A DNA stretch of 64,000 nt from Callorhinchus milii (taxonomy: Eukaryota). The notes below the pieces were generated by a model. It did no database searches. It was not told where the DNA came from and saw only the letters and a list, made by a program, of their open reading frames with translations. Position 1 is the first letter of the stretch; each line of letters starts with the position of its first letter. The stretch lies in contig NW_024704742.1 of NCBI RefSeq assembly GCF_018977255.1, positions 67,830,001-67,894,000 of the forward strand, read 5' to 3'. This document shows, piece after piece, positions 25,401 to 64,000 of the stretch. The position numbers and the translations under genes are program-made.

Positions 25401-25770
25401 GTGGAGTCCTGTAGCATAGTGGTTAGAGCACTCGCCTCGCAAGTGAGAATACCTGGGTTCAATTCCTGGGCTGGGTGAAACCTTAGGATAATTTTCTTAC
25501 TCCACATGCCTCTGTTTACCTAGCAGTAAGTAGAAACCTGGTTGTTAGTCGATTGGTGGATCACTTTCCTGGAGAAATAATCCCTTTTAAAAAATAATTT
25601 GTGCACTCAATCCATGACTGTTTGTGGGACACTGCTGTGCACAATTGGCTGCCGCATTTCACCCACAAAATAGAGTAACTACACTTCATAGTATATTCTG
25701 TGTAGCGCTTTGAGATGTTTCAATGACACGATAAGGCGTTACATCAAATGCAAGAATTACTATTATTATT
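25401..25770 (+). mobile_element. tRNA-derived SINE family A, full length (other copies at ~3925-4265(-), 23108-23450, 32254-32590, 33448-33810, 35916-36272, 44460-44834, 51967-52317, 54797-55062, 56736-57050)
   Basis: Head GTGGAGTCCTGTAGCATAGTGGTTAGAGC (A box) and GGTTCAATTCC (B box); shared body; tail AAGCGCTTTGAGACGTCTC...AAGGCGCTATATCAAATGCAAGGA(TTA)n. Confidence 0.9.
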
Positions 25771-26009
25771 AACTATTGAATTATTGCGATTTATTGGAGC
25801 GGTGATATCAAAATGTAAAGATTATTATTAGCCAAAACTTTTTGTTGGAGTCCAACAACAAAACAGTGTGTGGGGGACGAGAGAAGTTCAGATTTGCTGT
25901 GGAATCCTGTAGCATTATGGTTAGAGCACTCGCCGCACAGGTGAGAGGATCTGGGTTTGATTCCTGGGCAGGTTGAAACCTTCGGCAAGTTTCGTTACAC
26001 CACACGCCT

Positions 26010-26642
26010 CCGAAACATCGCCCGACTCCGCCACTACCTCACCCCTCAGGCGCTGAAACTCTTGTTCATGCCTTCATCACCTCCAGACTCGACTATGCAA
26101 ATGCTCTGCTTGTCGGCTTTCCCAACTCCTCCCTCCACAGGCTGCAGATAATCCAGAACTCTGCAGCCCGTGTCCTCTCCCGCACCAAACTCCGTGACCC
26201 CATTACCCCCACTCTCGCCCGACTCCATTGGCTCCCTATTCTTCAGAGGATCCAGTTCAAGAACCTGGTCCTCATCTACAAAGCCCTCCATGGCCTCCCC
26301 CCACCCTACCTCTGCGACCTCCTAAACCCCTATCAACCCGCCCGCTCCCTCCGCTCAGCTGGCTCCGGCCTAATCCACGCCCCCGACCCCCCCGCCCCAC
26401 CATCGGTAGGAGAGCCCCTTCAGCTACTCTGCCCCCAACCTCTGGAATTCCATCCCCCAGTCACTCCACCTCAAGACCCTGCTCTTCGGCCATCAGTCAC
26501 CCCCCTTCCCCTCCCGTCCCTTCCCCCCACCCTGACCCCAGCTCGGGTCTGAAATGCTGTACACTGTCCAGTGCCTTGGGACGTCCTCCCGACATGAAAG
26601 GCGCTATACAAATGTAATCTTGTTGTTGTTGTTGTTGTTGTT
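26010..26642 (+). mobile_element. L2 LINE 3' fragment nested inside a tRNA-SINE
   Basis: RNIARLRHYL, SRLDYANALL and LHWLPI motifs plus (TTG)n tail; SINE sequence on both sides. Confidence 0.9.
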
Positions 26643-26692
26643 CCCAGCAGTTAAGTAGGAATCAGATGTTAGGCGATTGGCAGATCGCATTT

Positions 26693-26694
<2 letters not shown>

Positions 26695-26746
<52 letters not shown>

Positions 26747-26810
26747 GGGGGGGAGGAGGGGTGGGGGGAGGGGGGGGGGGGGGGAGGAGGGGTGGGGGGA
26801 GGGGGGGGGG
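26695..26810 (+). repeat. Poly-G tract (51 uninterrupted G, then G-rich)
   Basis: Directly visible. Confidence 0.9.
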
Positions 26811-26929
26811 AGTGATCACTTCAAAAATAAATAAATAACACGAACAGTCCATTCACTTCACAGTATAACCGGTGAAGCCTTTGAGACGTCTCAGAGACGT
26901 GATGAGAGTCGCTCTTCGCGAGGATTGTT

Positions 26930-27560
26930 ATTCGGTGCAGTCTGGCGGATGGCCCGCGGGGGGCGCTGGGGCGCTGCTCCCGCTCGGGGGCGGATGGCCC
27001 GCGGGGGGCGCTGGGGCGCTGCTCCCGCTCGGGGGCTACGCACAAAACGGCACGTAGGTCACCCCCCCCCCACTGCAACAACAACAACAACAACAACGCG
27101 GGCTCCCTCCCTCCCACCGACAGCACAATAACTTTGTTTGGGTGGTGGGAGGGAGGCAAATGCAACGCTCTCAGTGAACCGAGGAGGTGCTCGTCAGGGC
27201 AGGAGGGCACCAGGCGGCCCTTTTTGCCGGGTCCGGTCCGGTCCGGTCTGGTCCGGGGTGCGGTGCGGTGCGGTGGGAGCCGGTAAACCCCGCACTATTT
27301 TCCCTTTGCTCAAAGACACACTGTGGCTCCGCACGATGCACCGCATCGCCTCTCCCCGCCCCCGCGCGCAGTGATACCGCCCGGCGGGGGGGGGGGGCGG
27401 AGGTGATGACGGACAGGAAAGCCGACCTATCGAGTCCTCGGGATCCGCCCACTTCGGCGGCGCGCGGCCAATCGGAGGCGAGGGCGGGCGTGGCTGCGCG
27501 GCGCGAGCTGTGAATTGTCTGCACTCGATACATTGTGTCCCCGCGGGTTCCACAGTGTAA
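26930..27560 (+). promoter_or_regulatory. CpG island, probable KDM3A promoter: CCAAT box (27468-27472), GC box (~27482-27493), HRE-like CACGTA (27051-27056)
   Basis: Very high GC and CpG density against a CpG-poor background; GGCCAATCGG followed by GGGCGGGCGTGG; about 1.4 kb upstream of the KDM3A ATG. Confidence 0.75.
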
Positions 27561-27569
27561 GGCGGTCCT

Positions 27570-28880
27570 CACACACCACACACAGAGAGAGGGTACACAG
27601 ACACAGAGAGGGTACACAGAGAGAGAGAGAGTACACGCACACACAGAGGGTACACACACACACACACAGAGGGTACACACACACACACAGGGTACACAGA
27701 GAGAGAGAGTACACGCACACACAGAGGGTACACACACACAGGGTACACACACACACACACAGAGGGTACACACACACAGGGTACACAGAGAGAGAGAGTA
27801 CACACACACACAGAGAGGGTACACACACAGAGGGTACACAGAGAGAGAGAGTACACACACAGAGAGGGTACACACACACAGAGGGTACACAGAGAGAGAG
27901 TACACACACACACAGGGTACACACACACACACACAGAGGGTACACAGAGAGAGGGTACACACACACAGAGGGTACACACACACACACACAGAGGGTACAC
28001 AGAGAGAGAGAGTACACACACGAGAGGGTACACACACACAGAGGGTACACAGAGAGAGAGAGTACACACACAGAGAGGGTACACAGAGAGAGTACACACA
28101 CACACAGAGGGTACAGAGAGAGAGAGAGAGAGTACACACACACACAGAGGGTACACACACAGAGAGAGAAGGTACACACAGAGAGGGTACACACACTACA
28201 GACACACACAGAGGGTACACACACTACACACACAGAGAGGGTACACACACACACACTACACACACAGAGAGGGTACACACACACACTACACACACAGAGA
28301 GGGTACACACACACACACACACACAGTGTAACGCGGCCCTCATACACACACAGAGAGAGTGCACACACACACAGTGCACACACAGAGAGAGAGAGTACAC
28401 ACACACACACAGTGTAACACGGCCCTGATACACACAGAGTGCACACACACAGAATACACACAAACAGTGTAACACGGCCCTGATACACACAGAGAGAGTG
28501 CACACACACAGAGAGAGGATACACACAACAGTACACACACACAGTGTAACAAGGCCCTGATACACAGAGAGTGCACACACACAGAGTACACACACACAGT
28601 GTAACAAGGCCCTGATACACACAGAGAGTGCACACACGCACACAGAGAACACACACAGAGGCTACACACACACACACAGAGTACACATACAGGCTACACA
28701 CACACAGTACACACACGGGCTACACACACAGAGAACACACACACAGGCTACACACACACACACACACACACAGAACATACACACAGAAGATACACACACA
28801 CAGAGAAGATACACACACAGAGAGGATACACACACACAGAGGATACACAGCCATAGCCACAGGGATACACACACACACAC
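27570..28880 (+). repeat. CA/GA minisatellite (GAGGGTACACACACACA variants, later GTGTAACACGGCCCTGATACACAC units)
   Basis: Directly visible; fills the gap between the CpG island and the KDM3A ATG. Confidence 0.95.
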
Positions 28881-28914
28881 TCGGGGGTACAGAGGGGGAC
28901 ACCGTGCAGTTGGC

Positions 28915-58865
<29,951 letters not shown>

Positions 58866-59157
58866 GTCCCAAGTCTCCATCATTGACTGAAAGCTCAACT
58901 CCTTGAACTGTACACCGTTACCTGCGATTGTGGCAGTTATTTTCAGGAAAACAAGAAAATGTGCTCAAGGAAACTTTTTTTGGCAGGGGGTGGGATTACC
59001 CTAGCTTTTTGAGGTTCTATCTCACATACACACTTGTTATCAGCTTTATACCCTTCCTTCCTTCCTTCCTTCTCATAATCTGTGTTATTTTGCTCCTGTG
59101 GGTGTACAGGGTGCCCAACAGGGTGTTACTCCTGTTTTTTTTCAACAGTGCTCTGAT

Positions 59158-61128
59158 CAACTGAAACATGTGGAAGAATGATGATAATTGTATTTAGAAG
59201 TACTTCATTGTATTCAGTACAAGTGTTTAACTGTATTTAGACGGCCAGAGGATTCATATGAGTGACTGCCATCATTTTCATGGCAGATAATGATCCGTCA
59301 CCATATTCGTTGCGACATCTTCCGTAACATGATGGAGTGAGGAGGAGAAAAATATCTCTGACAACTTGTGTCAGCTCCTCCATAGTCTCATATCACTGTT
59401 TTGTAATGGTGAAGTAACAGGACTTTGTGGACACCCTGTAGACTTGAGAGGGAGAAAAGGAGTTTGGAAACCAATAAAGGGAGATGGAAGTAGAAAACAA
59501 ATGAGGATTGATATAAGGTGATATTTTCTGTTTTTTTTTAAAAAAATCCAAAGACCAATTATGTAGTGATGGACAGATCAAATCCATCATTTGGTAATAC
59601 ATCTTTGACTTGACTGGAGAAAGAACAAATCTATTTGGGCAACAAACAAAACTAGATGCATAAGTAATTGTGTGCGTGTGTGTGTGTGTGTGTACACAGT
59701 GGCACACAACTGTACTTTGGGATGAGCAGATATAGATCACAATAGAAGTGACAATAGCTTTTTCCCCATGTTGTTGCAAAGTAATTTGGGGCTCGCTTCT
59801 TAAAGAGGAGTGCACTCGGTTATAACCTGGGCAAATAGAAAAGCGTGGCTGCACTTTTTCTGTGGAGTCCACTACAAACACCCTCCTCTGCTACAAAGAT
59901 CCTACAAATAGCCCCTCCGCTACAAACCTGTACACACTGGGCGTGAGCAGGCCTTCAACCTAAACTAAGCTCCTGCAACCAATTCTTGATAAGTGCTGTC
60001 CTATTCAAATTAACATGTTTAATATTTTAAACAACTGCATGTTCAGGAAATATATGCCTATAGTTTTAATAATCTGGATTGTTTCACAAAATGCCTCTCA
60101 ATAGCACCAATCAACCCTCCACATTTCCCTGCAAAATTTACCAACACCCTCCCAACCTTCCACACAATTTGCCAAATGCCCTTCAATTTTTGGTAAACGT
60201 TTCTGCACTTTTCTATTGGCCCAGGTTATAACCAGCTGTTTACTGGCTTTTACTTTAACAAGTTCTTGAGACTTTGGGCAAGTGTTAGGAGATTGTGTGA
60301 AGGATCCCTGTTTTTTTTTCTTTTGACTTCCCTGAACCCCTGCATAGAACACGCATCAATAAAAAGGGATTCAGTTTCTTTGAGTCTTTTTAATTGTGGC
60401 CTGTAACATTTCCAGAGGATTTGATGTGAATTGCCTTTTTTAAAAACGTTTTGATGAATGAAAAGGAGAAACTATTAAGCTGGTGAATTGAATTTTTTTG
60501 ATTACTCAGGACTCGCAAGTAAACCTCTTAATATTAAAGTGGTGTCTTTTCAAATTTTTTTAAAATGTATGATTTGAGTTGAATGGCATCATTCTACAAG
60601 GAAATGATGAACTTGCTAGAAATGGCTGGTTTTATCAGTAGATTTAAAGATTTTTACAATACATTACCTAAATGCCTGTATTGAGGTTCTGTTGTACAAG
60701 GTGTCCACAACCATGTTACCCCATTTTTTTTTCCTGCAATGCACTGACCATAATAATACTTGTGTTTAATATAGCGCCTTATCATGTCGTTGAGACGTCT
60801 CAAAAGTGCTTCACAGAATATACTGTAAAGTGAATGATGCAACAACTGAAACATGTGGAAGAATGATGATAATTGTATTTAGAAGAAGTGCTTAATTGTA
60901 TTCAGTACAACTATTTAACTATTCAGACATCCAGAGGATCTGTGTGTCAGCGCCATCATTTTCATGCCAGATAATGATCTGGCACCATGTGTGTGACATC
61001 TTCTGTGACATGGATGGAGTGAAGAAGCAAAATGCATCTCTGGCAGCTTGTTTCCGGTCCTCTGGGGTCTCGTATTGCTGTTGTGTAGTTTGGGGTGGGG
61101 GGGGGTGATGTTAACAGGACACCCTGTA
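59158..61128 (+). repeat. Diverged direct duplication of ~280 bp downstream of the KDM3A stop (59158-59440 and 60843-61128)
   Basis: The first 43 nt are identical (CAACTGAAACATGTGGAAGAATGATGATAATTGTATTTAGAAG); colinear similarity continues to GGACACCCTGTA. Confidence 0.9.
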
Positions 61129-62298
61129 CTTGGAGTCTAGACCACTTGATTATTTTAATTTGTGAATCGTCATTTCCCACATGTGAGGGTTCCAGTTTAC
61201 TGGGGTTAAAAGCTCCTTCACTCAAGAGGAGTTACTGACAGCTGTTGAGGCCCCTTGGGGGATGGGTGAGCAATCTTAACCCACGTTCCAATGAATGCGA
61301 GACCACAGAATATAACTGCTCACATTTTACACAGCTCTCAACAATCCTGATTGTTCAATGAATGGTCTGTGAGAAAAGCTGAGCGTTGGATAAGGAAGGC
61401 TGCTTGATTGGCCCTGCGTTCCAAGGCACTCAAGAGGCACCTCTGATATTGACAATTCTAATTAAGGTGGATTTCTTAATTAAGGAATATGAGTGCAAAC
61501 TCAGCGCAGTTAACCTGAAGTACATTTTCACCATCCCACAGGATCTCTATTGTGTCAGAGTAGAGTTCCTGCAAGTCAGCCTTGCGTATCTCTGGTTTCC
61601 TTAAGAATATTAGACGCTGCTGACTGCAGAGCAGAAAATGTGCTTGTTCCTAGCCTGCTTCACCTTTCACGTGAGGTGAAAATCCCATCAGACTGTATAT
61701 TTCATGACCATGAAGTTTTTAATTGAGGTTTGCTAAGGGACCTTCTTAGCAATGAGTTAAACTATATTTAAAAAGAAACCAGGCTTGAGACTTTTCATAA
61801 CTACGTGTTTTTTTGGGGTCAGCTGGGTGTCTGATACATGCAGTAAGCCCATCACCATGCCCAAGAGTATCCAAAACAAACTGAGAATTCCATGCACCCA
61901 TCTACACAAAGAAATTCCTGTCCAGCGGTGTGTGAAGGATGATTGCTCTCCACATAAAGGTTTTGTGGTTTCTTACCAATGCCAATCTATCTTTAGCAAT
62001 CTCAGATACCTCAAATGGGAAGTGCCTGCATTTGCCTGTTCTTACCTTGGGGTCCATCGTGACATTGAATGTACTAACTCATCCTTAGCAAATTTGCTCC
62101 AAATAGTGCTCTTACCATCATTGCTCTCTTCCCTCATTTTTCTCCCATCCCATTCTGGAAAAGCAATATTGGTCCTGATATTTTATGTATTTGGAGGTAG
62201 ATGGACTTTGAGTAGCAGCCTAGTTTTGAAAATTATACTGTATCTTGTTTCCACTTGAAAGGTTTAAACGTAGAAATTGTACATGACATGTTGCTGTT

Positions 62299-62304
62299 AA
62301 TAAA
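62299..62304 (+). terminator. Candidate distal KDM3A polyadenylation signal AATAAA (other candidates: 59473, 60358, and ATTAAA at 60533)
   Basis: AATAAA with an upstream TGTA and downstream GT/T-rich sequence. The site actually used cannot be determined from sequence. Confidence 0.45.
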
Positions 62305-64000
62305 GCCACGTGCAGTTTGTTGCTCAATGAGGTTACATTTTTTTAAAAACTAACATTCCTTTATAGTATTAATTTGTAAAGTGACTGTATAATGGTACTT
62401 GATGAAGATGCCACCAATTTTAAGCTGTGGTATAGAATCTGTTTCATACCTGGACTTTAACTAAGGATACAGAAAAGCTCCCAATGTGGATTCTAGGTGT
62501 GAAACTGGATATATATGATCGCAAGACCCATTTCAAATCTGCTGTTTATCCTTGCAACTCATTGTAGAAGCCTTAAAGTTGCCAATGTGTTTTTTTAATG
62601 TAAAAATTAAAGTGTATCCCAATTGCAAGTTTTCTTTTTTTTGGTGTGTGAACTTTCAAAGCTCAGGCCTGCTGTATGTCCATTATCCTGTCAGCCAGAG
62701 CTCAGGCAATATGTATCTGCTCAATGGAATTCACTAAAAATAACAAATTACATTTGTATAGCACTTTCCATGTTCAGAGGACGTCCCAAGGTGCTGAATC
62801 CCTCAAAACCCTATCTTCTACTTTTGGTTAAAATCCTCATACTTCATGTGAAAGTTCTATTCAGTCCAAGTAGTTGTAGACTGGTGCACTGGTACCCATG
62901 TGCAATGTACTGACTAGTGTTACTATAACCTTGAGTGCTTTGACTTGCTGCCCTGCATGAAGGATGCTATATAATAATCATTGCATTTAATAGAGCCTTT
63001 TCACACCATTGAGATGTCTCAAAATGTTGCACAGAAATTGTATAAATTATAAATTCAATTGACTATATTTTGTGGTGAAACACAGCAGCCAACTGCACAC
63101 AGCAGTGTCCCACCATCCTGGAATGAGTGACCACATTATTTTTTGAAGAATTATTACACCCATAAAGTGTTAGCTAATTAACTAACCAAGTTCCTACTTA
63201 ACGCTTGATAAACCAAGGCATGCAGAGTAAGGAAACATGCCCACGGTTTCACCCCGCCTGGGAGTTGCTTGAGATGTATAAAAGTTGTTGTAATTGGGGT
63301 TATGAGTTCAGGTTTATATATCAAATTGTAGCAGTGTAACTGCAAGAAATATAGGGGTAAAAATTGTGACCTGCGATGTTCACTTAACACTGGTGATAAT
63401 TATATCACAGAAAGTGCCACCTTGTTGCTGTCTGGCCTGAATATTGCAATGTTTGGGCCTAAAATGTGTTTCAGCAGCCATTGGATTTATTGTCCCATGA
63501 AAACAGCACTGCCTTAGCTCAGCAACAAAACTGGTTGGAGCTAATCCAGCAACCCATGAGTCAGCTGGTCAAATGCTGGCTTCAGCCCTAACCCATTCCT
63601 GCAGTGGGGTGGGATCGAAGGGAGAGAATTACATCTGTAGTCACATTGACCAGGTGGACTATGTGATAACTGATAATTAGCACCAGTGGTAATTAATGCA
63701 TCACACTGCAATTCTGATGTCGTGAAACAATTTATTATAAAGTAGGTAATCCTCATCAAGGTGTAGTGACTTTACTGCTGTATTCACTGGCAGAATTCTT
63801 CTGGGGGGAGAGGACGGACATTCAGCCCTTCAAGCATTGTTCTACAAGTTTATTAGAACCTTTAATCCATTACCTTTTCTCCCTTACCACCTTTATTTGG
63901 TTCATCACACAAACTTTTTCTTAAAAAAAATCTTAAATTCTGCTTTTACAACATTGAGGTGTAGTCCATTTTCACAACTCTCTTGTGTGAAGAAATGATT

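Noticed and set aside
25401..25475. tRNA-like sequences with A and B boxes (also at 40047, 44460, 51967 and others)
   Set aside because: These are SINE heads: each continues into the SINE body and tail, and the copies are diverged.
16721..28880. CRISPR-like or other prokaryotic repeat arrays
   Set aside because: The arrays have no unique spacers and the context is a spliced vertebrate locus.
61200..64000. CHMP3 terminal exon expected downstream from human synteny; ORF 61785-62258
   Set aside because: No recognisable CHMP3 coding sequence is present, and the ORF overlaps a family C repeat and has no motif.

Overview
Vertebrate genomic DNA, most likely from a cartilaginous fish (inferred from compact introns and dense L2/CR1 LINE and Deu-type tRNA-SINE content). 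It holds two head-to-head genes read directly from the sequence. On the minus strand are the first four coding exons of REEP1 (ATG at 16604; the gene runs off the left edge). On the plus strand is a complete 25-coding-exon JmjC H3K9 demethylase, KDM3A (28915-58865). All its GT-AG junctions are phase-compatible, giving a 4845-nt CDS (1614 aa) with the C6 zinc finger, the LRNLL nuclear-receptor box and the H-x-D...H iron triad intact. The rest is introns and intergenic DNA packed with L2 and CR1 fragments, two SINE families sharing an L2-type tail, an unclassified ~400-500 bp repeat, and G-rich, GA-rich and CA-rich minisatellites at both promoters. I found no clearly new multi-gene system. The best leads are a KDM3A retaining KDM3B-like motifs, a chimeric CORE-like/Deu SINE, the unclassified repeat, retroelement tails forming splice acceptors, a retroelement orientation switch, and a duplicated 3'UTR block. 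Repeat boundaries and counts are by eye and approximate; comparisons with human proteins and repeat consensuses are from memory.
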